Positions 42,700-57,022 of a stretch of 64,000 nucleotides of DNA are shown here, in pieces. The stretch lies in the NCBI GenBank assembly GCA_951406725.2, contig OX597817.1, positions 104,160,001-104,224,000 of the forward strand, given 5' to 3'. The translations under genes and the position numbers were made by a program. Below the pieces are notes generated by a model. The model did not search any database. It was not told the origin of the DNA and saw nothing but the letters and a program-made list of their open reading frames with translations. Every line of letters starts with the position of its first letter. Within the stretch, counting starts at the first letter, position 1. The stretch is from Octopus vulgaris. Taxonomy: Eukaryota.

Positions 42700-43730
42700 C
42701 TCGGTCTATCAATTGGTTTTACATGGATATTAGGTAATTAGACGATTGGGTAAAGTCTCCGCTCGTCAGAGTAGCTGGATAAAAACGGTGCTTCCACTCT
42801 GATAAAAAGTATAGTCGGTCAGAGAAGGAGGCTCTATCGATTATTTTTGCGGTAAAAAATAATTCACAAATTTCTACATGGTAGGAGTTTTTTGCTACAA
42901 ACTGACCATATACCATTACTATCAATTTTTGGACTAAAGAAGGGATTGCTTACCCAAACAGCGAACCGAACAACGATGGGATACAATATTGCTGAACTAC
43001 AGTTTTAAGATGCAATATATTCCGTCGAAGAAAATTGGTCATGCAGACTGCTTATCGAGCCTAATTCCCAAGAGCGTGGAACCGCTAGAAGAGCCCGTGA
43101 TAGCGTCATTGCAGTCAGAAAGTGAAGTAAGAAGTAATGTGTATAATATAATCCTGGAAGTGCCGGTGACAGCGCATGATATAAAAATTTCTACAAAATA
43201 CATGCCAGAAAGCACATTTTTAACTCACCCTACCGCCCGGGGTCAAGTGGGCAGGCAGAAAGATTTGTTGACACATACAAAAGAGCTCTAAGAAAAAAAG
43301 CTATGAACGAGCTAGGTGATGACGAGGTACTCATGAAATTTTTGAGAGTATATAGAATAATGCCAAATCCAAATACTAATTCAGGCGAGTCACCAGCAGA
43401 GTTAATATTCACGCGAAAAATAAAATTGATCTTCGATAAATTGTTGCCAGGAAAATATACATATAAAGGAAAGCCAAAAAAATACATTTGAAGGAAATAT
43501 AAGAAATATTACAAAACATTTCGAAGTAGGAGATAAAGTTCATTTTAGAAATGACAAAAATGGTAAAGACGGTTTGGAGGATGGCTATGTAATCAAAAGA
43601 TCTATTTAATTAAAGGACAACGTTCGGAACATAAGAGACACCTTAACAAGTTAAAGATGAGACATACAGACAAACGAAGGGTAATACCAATGGAAGTCTT
43701 TAATAATATGTTTGAAGTGCCAGCACAGCC
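42700..43730 (+). mobile_element. Ty3/Gypsy pol remnant (RNase H end and integrase)
   Basis: LLNYSFKMQYIPSKKIGHADCLSSL; RFVDTYKRAL..FLRVYRIMPN...GESPAELIFTRKI. Confidence 0.8.
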
Positions 43731-44644
43731 TTGGTTTGTATTTTTGCATGAATATATTTTCTTTGTTCATCTGTACTTCATCTGTGGTATTTATTGAACA
43801 TATGTAAAGTGAGAAGACTTGGAATTCGGGGTACTTATTTTTTGCACATATGTCTATATACCCTCTCAGTGCGGTCTGTCTAGTACTGGCTCTCGTATTC
43901 GTTGACGATGAATAGTCAGTCCATTTATGAGAGTAAGTTTTGTTTGACCTATGTAATCCTCGTTACATCCTTTACGTTTATGTATATTAAATTTTTTACG
44001 AACAGGTAAAATAATTTTTCATAATAAAAATCTGTCCTGGTTTAAATTTGTGTTTTATTTTCAGTCCTGCAGTTACAACTGCTACACTTTTGACTGTTCG
44101 TGTGGTATTTGTGGAGGGTAATTTAGTACTGGTGAGTAGTTTTTTGAGGGATTTTGATTGTTTTTTTTTTGCTTTTGATTATTCTGTGTATTTCGAGTGC
44201 TTGTTTCATTCTTGGGTTTTGTCTCAGTAGTGGAATATTATGGTGAGAAAAAACAGTAATTTGAGCTATGTTCTCTCTATAAAAAAAATCAAAACAAGAG
44301 AATTTTCGAACTCCAGTCAGAGGCAAGACAGTTGTAGCATATCACAGGTCTATATCTTTTTATTTCAACTTTTGAAAATCAGAGAAAACTCTGAAACCGA
44401 TTAAGTCTTTAAAAATGAGAAAAATTTAAAGGACTCCAAGTACATTTCCAACTTCTCTTTCTCTCTTCCTCCCTTTCTTTCTCTCTCTCTTTCTTTATTT
44501 CTCTCTCCCTCTCTCCATATACTACTTGTGCTGACCTTGCAGAGGTAAGACATTTTTAATGTTCACAGGATTTTGACTATTCCGTGGCACACAAGTATTT
44601 TTGACTTCTATTTTTAGCGATGCAAGTACTCATGTAGTACCCTC

Positions 44645-44687
<43 letters not shown>

Positions 44688-44728
44688 AAAATATTTTAGT
44701 GGGGAAACACACGTGGTGGATATAAATG

Positions 44729-45023
44729 GAGAAAGAAAAGATGAAAAAACACAAGATTTGTTTTACAGGATTTAAGAGTATATTAGAGTCATGATAATAA
44801 AGATATAATACAATTTTGTATAAAATGTTTTATTCTTTCAACATAATTGAAGTAAGGACCGGTTTCGCAACTCTCAGTTTGATAAGCAATGCGAAACCTG
44901 TCCTTCAATTATGCTGAAAGAACAAATCCTTATTTTGTACGAAATTGTATATCTTTATTATCATGGCTCTAATATACTCTCTTATGTCATGTAAAACAAA
45001 TCTTGTTTTTTTTTACATCTTTT

Positions 45024-45031
<8 letters not shown>
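44729..45031. repeat. Fold-back element with ~140-bp arms and two opposed hammerhead remnants at the centre
   Basis: Arms 44729-44868 and 44890-45031. Minus strand CTGAGAG-TTGC-GAAACCGGTC (44877-44857); plus strand TTGATAAGCAATGC-GAAACCTGTC (44879-44902). Flanked by (TA)n and (CT)n. Confidence 0.75.
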
Positions 45032-45072
<41 letters not shown>

Positions 45073-45194
45073 ATATATATATATATCTTATACTGTGTGT
45101 ATATATATTATTAATTTGCCTGTAAGGGTGATATTCGCTTGCCATTTGTGATGGCATTTTAATAATACCATCCCTCTTATATTTGAATGTGTGT

Positions 45195-45257
<63 letters not shown>

Positions 45258-45933
45258 TTTGGACTAATGGGTATGTCGATTAGTGTATTGAAGTGCTGAG
45301 TAGAGCACTGGCACGGTTTGGGCTACCTGGTGTCATCGTTGGATATACTTCAGGAATTCCGCAGTGTTAGTTGAGATAATAGTAATTGATTAAGTAACCA
45401 GAAGATGGAGTTGGTATTACTCTTTATTTTATACTGTTATCATTTCAACCCATCCTGCTACTGTCCCTTATGGGTGGTACTCCGTGCAACATGTTTTGTT
45501 GCGTCTATTTTGCAGTCCTGGTCACACCAGGTACATCCATACATAAAATGGTGTCTCGCTAAAGATCTTGAGCTTGGGTAGTCATGCTGTTATTTGGGAA
45601 TGAAGCATTGCTACAATTTTCATTACTATTAATTTTGCATAACGAAAATATTAAACATAAGTTGGAAGGAACATCAGTTAAATTCCTCACGGACAAGGAA
45701 CATGAATACAAATTTATTCGAGTAAAAACGCTGACTAAGATTGAGCACGAGTATATGCATGTGTGTGTGTGTGTTTGTATATATATATAGTCCACAGATG
45801 AGATCCAAAGTTTCTCAGTATAGAAGACATTTAGTTGTGCTCAAAAGATTCAAACTTAGATTCCGATGTTTTTGCAGGGGATCGATTCTGCAAGGTAAAG
45901 AATGACTGTAGAGGGATCAAATTGAGCGGATAT

Positions 45934-46053
45934 AGAGGCTATTATGCAGATAAACAAATTAGGTGCATTAATTAGGTGCATTAAACATATTCAGTATAAT
46001 AGTTTGGGCATGAAATACAAAATATGCATATATGTATACACGCAAAATGGGAG

Positions 46054-46085
<32 letters not shown>

Positions 46086-46164
46086 ATTTCATACCCAAAC
46101 TATTGTATTTAATATCTTTGATATAATTACTGTACCTAATTTGTTTATCTGCATAACAGCCTCT
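45934..46164. repeat. Fold-back/MITE-like inverted repeat, ~85-bp arms around (TA)n
   Basis: agaggctattatgcagataaacaaattaggt / acctaatttgtttatctgcataacagcctct, plus inner tagtttgggcatgaaataca / tgtatttcatacccaaacta. Confidence 0.75.
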
Positions 46165-46179
46165 CCCCCTCCATCCCTC

Positions 46180-46221
<42 letters not shown>

Positions 46222-46225
46222 ATAC

Positions 46226-46275
<50 letters not shown>

Positions 46276-46379
46276 ATATATGGTATAGAAATAGATAGAT
46301 AAAGTAATTAAGCTAGTCAGAAAATGTAACAGAACAATTCAGTTTAAACAAGTCATAAGCAGCACGACAGAAACAATTA

Positions 46380-47390
46380 TCCCTGCATATGAATCACAGT
46401 CAGGACTGACAAGTGAGCAAAAAAAAGACTGATTCTATGCAGCCCACTTGCAGAATAACCCAGTGACAATGACAGATATCTCGATATCAAATCTGTGACT
46501 TCACTAGACATACTGCACAACATGACGATGGCTTTTCCGGCGTACATGGAAATTACGCGTGAAGAACTAGGAATGAAGATGAATTCTATAAAGCAAAGAA
46601 CTTCTTAATCTTGAAAACTAACGTCAGAAAACCTACCATTCGGTGAGCATTCAAGCCAGATAGGCTTCATATTCACCACAAATAGGCAAGTAGTACTATT
46701 CAAGGAGAAGGTGCAACTCATTGTAGACTAATGCTTAATGACATAAGAATAAGAGTTTGAGGTTCAGAGACGTAAGAGATAAAGACGTTGAATTAAGGAA
46801 GCTGGGGTAAAAGAAGTACTACCTGGAGTGTGGATGGAGCAAAGTTTTAGTCAGATGAAAGGTGAAATGTATGGTAACATGAAGATGAAATGCAAAAGTA
46901 GATAGAAATAGATGCAAAAGTAAAAACTGGCTTGCAAAGATTGGAGGAAGAGTACAAGTAACAATGCAAAAAAGTTAGAAGGGAAGCAAGGCATTAGTTA
47001 CACATCGCAAAGGAAGAAAGATGCCAACATTCTGCGATGAGGGTATAAAATGTATGAAGTGTTTCGGATTACAAAGCAGTGTGTCACTGCGAATCAAGAC
47101 TTTGAGAAAAGTATGTTCGGGATCATAGCAAAACACTTGATTTCATTGTCGTTGAGAAGAAAGAGGAATGGAAATGTGACTTCGAGAGGAAATGCGTAAG
47201 AAAGAGGTCCTGCAAAAAGTGGACCCAAAAGACAAACCAGTTATTGAAGTATTGATACAGTCGAAAAGCAAGTAAGAGTATGAACATAATGAAAGTAGCT
47301 GGATCATTAACGACAATTACTAAAATGCTGAAAATATCTCGTGAAGTGGGACATGAACGAATCACTGTTGCATCCCCAGCCTTGTTGTAC
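46380..47390 (+). mobile_element. Highly degraded RTE-like LINE
   Basis: Purine-rich, stop-ridden sequence with residual endonuclease/RT-like peptides; weak. Confidence 0.4.
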
Positions 47391-48129
47391 ACCATTTTTC
47401 CGTTTCAGTCAAATTTTTCTGCGCTACCATCAGAAAGTAGTTTGTGCAGGTTCTCAAGAGAGCCGATAATTAGAAATATATCTTGTAAAAAAAATGTCTT
47501 CACAAATAGCTACTTCAAAGATTTAGAATTTCTTTAAACTTTTCTCAATCTCATCGAAAATGTCCCATAATTTAGCATTTACCATTCCCCAAAAATCATA
47601 ATACACAATTGTGGTATCATATTGTCAGAGTAGGTTTAAGTTTACATGCTGAGTAAAATATCAATATTCCTAAACTAACACGGTTATGTATCAAAATCTA
47701 TAACATCCCCCTAATTTGATATTGTGGTGAGACAAAAGCTGCCTATCTGTCATAGACTTTCAGCGTAGTTTATCTTCGTTAACTGTCTCTCAGTCAGATT
47801 TCTCTGTGTGGTTTCGATCACTACAGACAGATGTATGTATGTATGTATGTATGTATGTATGTATGTATGTATGTATGTATGTATGTATGTATGCATGTGT
47901 CTGTGTATGTATGTGTGTGTGTTCGGCGGACTTTTCTTAGATTCCGTTTATCAAATCCTCTCACACGGCTTTGATCGACTAGGAGCTATAGTAGAAGTCA
48001 CTTGCCCAAGTTGCAACGAATTAGGAATGAGCCCGGGACGATGTGGTTGGAAAACAAACATATGTTCACACACACGGTATACGTTCACATACGCACTATA
48101 CTGTCCTATAGAAATGTAACGCGATGGAT

Positions 48130-48185
48130 ATAAGAGCCACTTATTTCATTCGCATAAAAATGCGAATGAAATAAGTGGCTCTTAT
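48130..48185. repeat. Perfect palindrome, 26-bp arms, AAAA loop
   Basis: ataagagccacttatttcattcgcat-aaaa-atgcgaatgaaataagtggctcttat. Confidence 0.95.
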
Positions 48186-49174
48186 TTGTGCATTTATCAC
48201 TGCAATTAGTTTGTTCGTTATATATTTTTTTATTTTGGTTTCTATTATCTTTCTTAAATTTGATAAAGTTTCTTTCTAAAAAAAAACGAAAATAAAATCA
48301 AAACTAAAATCAGATTGTTCTATCAAGCCCTTGAAAATGTTAGAGATAAATATATTATAAACATCGATTATAATCTTCAAGATTTATTCGTGGTAAATGT
48401 AAAAAAAAAGATAACCACACAGGAATAAACACATACTTCAGACAGATAAAACCACCTTTCCACATAGATATAACAAAGTTAGTGATAAAATCTTTACTCT
48501 GAAGAGCATTTAGATTCTCCTCCACAAATGAAGCAGTAGATAAAGACATGACAGAATAAAGGAGATACTAACACACGTAAAAAAACATAACAATTATTAC
48601 GATATTAAAAATTCTGAAAAATACACTAGCCATACATAAAGTGTATTTTATAAACCAAAAGCATTACACGTAGAAAAAAAAGATAAATTCATCAAAATAT
48701 TTTAAAAGCAAAACGCAGAAAACAATATGCATTTTAATAAACGATAACTCAATTTTAATATTAAAGGGCCTCTAAAATTAAAATCCTTCGTACATTAAAA
48801 AAACTACAGGTATTTAAATCTATGAAAACGTCGATCAATGTAATTTATGAATACGGTAGCAAATGCGAATGTTGTAAATTTCACAACTTCGACTGTTATA
48901 TTGGCCATACGTGTACAACACCCTGCTGCCGACACATCATGTACTTACAACAACGAGATATAAGAAAAAAAAACATTAGTAGACTGCACGCTTGTACTCT
49001 ACAGAAGTCAAAACGAAAGTAGATAATTAAAAGTTAAAGCAATACTCATAACGCAGTTCAATACTAAAACAAACGCACTGGAAACATACACTATTCACAA
49101 ATTAAACAGCTCACTGATGACATGTAAATCTAACGATCAAAATTTAAATTCCGATGATAACACCTATACCCCCA

Positions 49175-49233
<59 letters not shown>

Positions 49234-50319
49234 GTCCGTGCAATTGATAACTTTATAAAAATATTTCCATTAAACCACAAGATATTAGGTAGAAAATACT
49301 GGAGGATTGTGTGTAGTGATAAATATGAAGATATTGGAAAGCTAACTATCGGAAAAAATTAAATTTTTATCAAGATCCAAGTCAAATTAGAAAATATAAA
49401 AAAAGCAGAGGTGGAAAAGATGCACCACACTGGACAAGAAATATACAAGAAATGGATGTTATGTTAATTAGTTTTTGAAACAAAATGGGACATTAATTGT
49501 ATCGAATATCACTTGGGATGATGTAGAGATATTATTGAGTCATATTCTGATAGCGATGTAAATAGAGCTTTATGATGTAAAGAATAATTACATTCTTTTC
49601 AGTACATATACGGTCTTAGAAGGAATGTAGAGCATCGACCTGAATTTTATGAAGCTTACTCAAATGTATCACGAGACGTTTGGATGTCATCAGATGACGG
49701 AGATGTAAAAATATGATACCACAAGACATTGAGCAATAAATTATTTAATATTTCAACTTTACCTTTCATCTTTGTAGGGTCGATAAAATAAGTACCAATT
49801 TAGTACTGGGGGTCGATGTAATTTACTTTCCTCCTCCCCCGAAACTGCTGGCCTTTTACAAAAGTTTGAAATCAATATTTCGAAATTATAAAGTTGTAAT
49901 TCTATATGTGAAAATTTAATATCAGAATGTTATAGGATCTCTAGAGTAACGATACTCGACAGATTGCGTAGCTCGGAGATCAGACAGTCCCCCCAGGTCT
50001 AGCCACTATTTCTCCGTACTGAGAGGTCACAGCTCCAGTACTACAGACATGTAATTAGAATATCGAAGAAAAGAATCGCAAGACAGATTCTTTAAGTGGA
50101 GCCAACCGGCAAGAGACTTGTACACCAAGAACGAGATGGCTAGATAGGACCTTAAGGAAGAGGTGCCAAAGGGCACTACCCCAACATCCTTTCCAGGAAT
50201 AGCAGGTGGAGAAGATGGATGGAATGCTATAATGTAATAAGATATGGATGCATTGTAATCGTTGATCCTACTGAAAATATCCACGTTATGTAAATATATA
50301 TCTTATTAATATAGTAGGA

Positions 50320-52149
50320 CGTTGCAGTACGATGAGATTATGGAGACCATCATCTGCGAGAAAGCACGAGTGCTGTATAGAGATTTCCTGAAGCAGAACC
50401 CTGGAACATCGATGCAGGATACATTAGCAGACATATTTAAGCCAATCGCGGCTGGTTCGATAATTTCAAGAAGAGGACTGGTGTTCATAACGTCGTCAGG
50501 TATGGAGAAGCAACGAGTTCTGATACGAAGGCAACTGAGGATTTCATGCGTGAATTCAGTCGGCTCATCACAACCGAGGGGTACATCGCACAAAATGTAT
50601 TGAACTGTGATGAAACTGGCCTTTTTTGGATAAATATGCCCAAAAGAACCTACACAACTGCAGAGAAGAAAATGCCAGTCCACAAGCCTATGAAAGATAG
50701 GTTAACTCTCACCATTTGTGCCAATGCGAATGGAGATTAAGCCGCTCCTTGTCTACCATTCAGAAAACCCACGAGCGTTCAAGTCGCGCAAAATCCTGAA
50801 GGAGACACTGCACGTTATGTGGATGGCAAACGTTAAAACTTGGGTCACCAGGCAATTCTTCTCCGAGTGGATCAACGTTATCTTCGGACCAGCAGTGAAA
50901 AAGTACCTTCTGGAGAAAGATCTTCCTCTCAAATGCACATCAACAATGCTCCTGCTAACCCTCCTAATTTCGAAGATGACATCCTGGACGAATTGAAATT
51001 CATAAAAGTTCTAAACCTTTCACGCAACACCACCTCTTGCAGCCCATGGATCAACAAGTGATTGCTAATTCTAAGAAATTGTACGCCAAACGCCTGTCTC
51101 ATTGGTACTTTGAAGTCACCGAAAATACAAATGTAACCCTTCGTGAGTTTTGGAAGAAGCATTACAATATTGTTAATTGCCTGAAAATCATCGATATGAC
51201 CTGGTAGGGTGTAACGAGGAGAACGCTGAATTCTGCATGGAAGAAACTATGGCCTGACTGCGTATCCGGAAGAGACTTCGAGGGGTTTGAGTCTGAGACA
51301 CCTGTAGTTGAGGAGATAGTGTCTCTAAGGAAGTCCAGGGACCTCGAGGTTGACGATGGGGACATTAACGATTTCGTCGAAGAACACTAGGAACACTCAG
51401 AGAAGCTGAGACAGATGAACTCCTGCAGCTTCAGGAGCAGCAACATTCGGATGCGGTAGAAGTGATTGATTCCCCGGAGGAAGACAGTTTAACGAAAAAG
51501 GGTATCTCTACAAGTGACATAAAGGCAATGTTGGCAAAGTGGCAGTATGCTTCTGAATTTGCAGAAAAGATATCATCCCGAAAAAGTATCTGCAGATCGT
51601 GCAGCTGCTTTCTTTAATGACACTGCTTCGGCGCATTTTCGTAACATTTTGAAAGGCAGAAAAAATCAGACTTCTCTTGATATGTTTTTAATGAAACGAC
51701 CTGCAAATGGGAAAGGTAAAGAAGGTGGGTCCAAAAGGTCTAAATTAAACGAAGTGGGATAGAAAACGCCAGTACTTGTTCTTCCTGAAGTTTTAGTAGA
51801 AGGAGATTCTCTTTCCAAACAATAATCCACCTCCTCCCTGCTCCATCGTCTTCCTCGCGCACAATTCGTCCCATCTTTAAGGTAATTAAACTAATAAAAC
51901 CAGTTTACATATTTCTTTTGCATTATATTTTATTATGTTTTTATAATTGTCATTTTCCTTGTAACTGCATCTTTTCTGTTTTAAAACATATAAAAAAATG
52001 ATTTTGGGGTGTTTTTTGATTTAGTGGTGGGGCTTGAATTACTCATATTTTAATTAATTTCAATTGGGAAAATTGATTTGTAAAACGAGTAAATCGTAAA
52101 ACGAGCTCGGTCATGAAACGAATTAAACTCGTACTGCGAGGTGTCACTG
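50320..52149 (+). mobile_element. pogo/Tigger DNA transposon, 5'-truncated and defective
   Basis: VLNCDETGLFWINMPKRTY..KPMKDRLTLTICANANGD, HSENPRAFK, QPMDQQVI. Right TIR ...CGAGGTGTCACTG|TA with subterminal GTAAAACGAG repeats. Confidence 0.92.
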
Positions 52150-55100
52150 TATGTTCATTGACACAATCTTAAAAATGATAAAGACAGTTTTAACATCACA
52201 TAAAATGTTCCAAGATGTGTATGTTTTATAACCCAATTCCATACGACCTGTTTTATATCCTAATGTCATCCCATCACAATTCATTTCTTAGTGAGATGCC
52301 AGAGGATAAGTGCACGTTTTAGATTCTTATTATTTACCATTTTATTGAAATATCTCTAAGTTCTTTTTTATTCGAGTGGCACATATTTACATTATCCAAT
52401 ATTAACCAGCATTAACACTTTCTCACTTTAATAATAGAATGTATGAGATTCAACTTTCACAATCAGTTGCTGTGTCCATTCTTTGTGGAGTAAAATCAAT
52501 TATACTTTCGGGATTAAAAATCGAAAGTAAAATACAATAGTTTTCAACTAGTATAATCACACCTCGTATAACACTCATTGGCTATGGTACCACCGCCTCT
52601 GCGCAAAGAACAAATAGTCATTTATTAAAATGCAATGCTATCAGCAAAACTTAAAAGTAGACTGAAGTTGCTGTACACATAGGAACTCGTATAGTAATAT
52701 TTTTAGCCTTGCAGCAATGTTTTTTCTACTCTCAGTCAAGACCACTCATCTTAATATTTGTATTTTGTTTCCTTTATTTTATTGCTATCGGATTGACGAA
52801 GTGAAGAATCAGAAATGACAGAGTTACGAGATTTATGTCTTTGTAGTGTTTCCATACATTTCATATATCCTTTTTCGTTCGTTGCGCAAATCATGCCGAT
52901 CTCTATTTTGGATTTCAGACTTTTGGAATCGATAAATAAAAAAAAAGGTACCATTGAAATCTAATTGGATGGGACTAATCGATTCATTGGTACTATTTTA
53001 TCGACCGCAAAAGGATGAAAGGCAAAGCTGACCTTGGAAGAAAACTGATGAAATAATAAAGTTCATTTAATCGACTATATCTTAAAAAAAAAAACAATAG
53101 GTGTTGGGACAAATTTAGAAATGAAATTTAATAAGAATATTAGAAAAGCCCATGAAGTAATTCGAGCAAATTACTTTTTCACAAGAATTCATTTCTTCTT
53201 TATAGCTTTTCACTTTTACTTTAGAAACCCTAAAGGCCAAACAGGGATTTTCGTCTTAAAAGAGGAAAAAAGACACGCCACACGCGAAAACGGAATTCAG
53301 AGATGCATACTATTTATCAACAACAAACTTTTTTTTCTCAAACAAGGTGTTGCTGGTATGGCCTTTGGTCAGCTCTGATCGAACAGATAGATTTATGATC
53401 AAACGCATTCTATTTGTAACTAATTTGTTTCTTCCTCGGGTATTGTGAATCCAGGACTACATCAATCAACGCGTCTTTTCCAAAGGCGTTAGAGGATGAA
53501 TGGAGATGTGACTACTGTCTCCAGTAGGTCGAAACACTATGTAAATGCATCTTGTTTGGCACAAAATTTGTCTGAAATTAGTTTTATAGTGCAGTTTCAA
53601 ATCCTAATGATTAGCAGCATTTTAACAAGTCATTTTTTTGTTTCTCTTAACTGTAATTAGATTTAAATACTGTAAATATTAGGCAAAACGTTTTAAGAAT
53701 AAACAAAGATTTATTTATTCTGTCGAACAAAATCTAACTAAATTCGATAGTCTCATGTAACATGGACCAAAATTATAGTTTAAGGTTAATGCATGAAAAT
53801 AAAAAATTAGGCATATTATTTGTTTTGATAGACAACTGAAATAGACCCTGGGTCACAAACAGAAAGGTTATTGTGATTCTGAAGCAATTTATATTCACGT
53901 GGATCATATTAAGTCTTTAATGTTATCAGATTACTGAGAAGACACAAGCTAATTAGAGTACTTTATCTACAGTGCAAACTTCAAATACTGTCTTGCTCAT
54001 TAAAACGATGCCAGCAGTGGAAGAACAAAAACACCACCCTAATGTACAGTCTGAACTATATAGATATGGTTGTATTGTTAAGAAGTTCGCTTCGTAACCA
54101 CTCAAATCCAGGATCGATCCTCCTACGTGGTACCTTGAATAGTGTCTCCTACTATAGATTTGAAACGACCAACAGAATGGGTGAGAAATTTGGTAAACGA
54201 AAACTTTACTAGTACTGCTGACATCGGCAGAGGACGTGCAATGTTTGACAATTAAGCCTTTGTTCCTGAAGTTGCTCAATAGACGGGAGACTTTGTGTTG
54301 GAGTAATCTAAAGATAGAAAAGTGGCTGGAGCGGAGTGGCTGGTGTGGGTTGAAATAACGGGTAACGAGTTTAAATAGATAAGGATAATGTATGTGCATT
54401 GAGCAAGTGCTCTTGAAAGCGATGTCAAGAGTTGGCCAGTTTCACTTAAGTACAACTCACGACAAAGTTGTCTTTTAATGCAGTTAAATGGACTACAGTG
54501 GCTGTAATCATGAAAGTGGACTTATGGCCATGTAAATTTATAATTTGTAACGGGAGTATGCAGATATTACAGGTTAGTTATTTCTAGGGATACAGGAACA
54601 CTGTCCAGAATTCTATGTGTGTGTTACAGACACATCTGAAAAAGAGGAAATGTGGGAGTGATAGCCGGTCCAGATTGGAAAAAGCACACGTTGGAGAAGT
54701 TGGATGACGAGGTGAGTTGGAAGACGTTATTGTGTTAAGCGGCTTCAAGACAGAATAACAGAGATGGGCTGGGTACCGGGTCGTATCAATGACAGGTTAG
54801 GAATAAAAAAAAACTGAAGCTTTTAGGTGTAAATCAAACTCTCGGTTAAAGTGGAAACTGTTGATACGAGTGGGTGGGATGAGAAGAATTTGGGTTAGAG
54901 GAAGAAATTGATGAGTTTGTAAAAAAAAAGACGGCAATGTAAAGGTAAGGACTGTCACTGGAAAAGGAGATATCCAAGAAGTTGATAAAGATGCCAAGGA
55001 TGGTGACTGACGCGCACGCACGCACACACACAAACACATACACACGCACGCACACTCACACACACGTACACATACTCAGACTTTACTGTTTACCATTCTT

Positions 55101-55832
55101 TACCCTTTCTCCTCACCATTCACCTCCACCAGCCGTTTCTCAAAACATACACATCTACTTCCCTACTTCCTTCCTCTTTTATTATCATGATTCCTGCGTA
55201 AGAATATATGGAATTTTCTGTTTTCTTCCGTAATAAACACTCTGAGCCTCAAACACCAACAATTTCCTCTTTCCTCAAGTCAATGCCATTTAGATTACAT
55301 TCATTTATATTTTATTGCTGCCACGATTCCTTCCGTATACTTGTTGCTACCGAAGATCCATACTGGATTTCTCCGATTCGGGGTTTCATCTTATTTTCTA
55401 TAATAAATTAGTTCTACCATATTTCAGGTAGGGAACTTAAAGCGAGCATATTTATTTTTATCACGTTAGGTGGAAATAATTAAGCATTATGGAATTCATT
55501 ATAAACCGCAATATCTGTTTTATTTTCTTTCTTATCCATCTAAAATTCCCTCAATTTTCTGAAATCCAAAATTGTTTTGATATGAATTTAAATTCAATAA
55601 CCGAAGAATTTTAATAATTTTCTAATCTTCTCTTTTAAATTGCCTTCAATGATCATAAACAATGTTTTTCATTGTTGATTATTAAATATTTATTATCTGT
55701 GTATCATCGAAAGTTCCCTCGAACGTTTCATGTTGGCATCCAATCGTATGAAATTCTCCAGAGCTTCTGTTTAGAACATTCTTCATGTGTTTTTTTTTAA
55801 AGCAAATACGGACGCACAGTTGTTGCTATCGC

Positions 55833-55863
<31 letters not shown>

Positions 55864-56602
55864 GTTGCTGTTGTTTAGTATCAGATCAGCTCTGATCGAT
55901 CTGGAACTACATTCAGTGGTGTAGTGTGAGGTATGTGGGTCGTGTGGACCATACAGAGTGATCACTTTAGGTAAGGGTGCCAATTTCCCTAGCTCTAGTC
56001 GAAAGTATGTTACGTTCAAAAAATAGGGCTGCTAATTTGACTACCACACACAGCGGTCAAAATCTATGCTACACCATTCTCTACGATTGTCTACATTTCT
56101 TCCTTTATTGGTCAGAGGGAGATCTCTGTTACGTCTCTTACAGATCGGCCATTACAAAAATTCCTTCAGTGACCTGTATTAAAATTAGGGAGGTTTTTCA
56201 AAAAGCAACTGGATTGTTTTAGAATATAGAAAAATAAAATAATAGGAAGCAAAGTAGTTAGTTAGAAAATCTCTGTAAGAGATGAAAGTAATAACTATAT
56301 CGAGAAGTAATGTTTATCGCCGCTTCAAAATGTTTGTTCCGAGGATGAGCACAAACAGATCGAAACCGGCGGTCTGGTAGTCCCGTCGTCGCTGGAAGAT
56401 GGTAAGGGTTTGCTCCCCTGCTTGCAACCAGCTGAAGGCAGCGTCTTCCTGGGCTTAAAAACAGTAATAACGTCGGTTCTTATGGAACAGCCATGTTGAA
56501 GTGGTGATAAAAATAATAATTTATGCGGTAACTCAACGTATCATTCGCTGAACTTGCATAGTAATGGTTAGATAATATCGTTTTAAGCTGAATTTATATA
56601 TT

Positions 56603-57022
56603 TACTCTTTACTCTTTTTACTCTTTTACTTGTTTCAGTCATTTGACTGCGGCCATGCTGAAGCACCGCCTTTAGTCGAGCAAATCGACCCCGGGACTTA
56701 TTCTTTGTAAGCCCAGTACTTATTCTATCAGACTCTTTTGCCGAACCGCTAAGTGACGGGGACGTAAACACACCAGCATCGGTTGTCAAGCAATGCTAGG
56801 GGGACAAACACAGACACACAAACACACACACACATATATATATATATATACATATATACGACAGGCTTCTTTCAGTTTCCGTCTACCAAATCCACTCACA
56901 AGGCATTGGTCGGCCCGGGGCTATAGCAGAAGACACTTGCCCAAGATGCCACGCAGTGGGACTGAATCCGGAACCATGTGGTTGTTTAGCAAGCTACTTA
57001 CCACACAGCCACTCCTGCGCCT
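56603..57022 (-). mobile_element. tRNA-derived SINE, young full-length copy
   Basis: Near-identical to 21037-21439, including the (GAGTAAAA)n tail. Confidence 0.9.
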
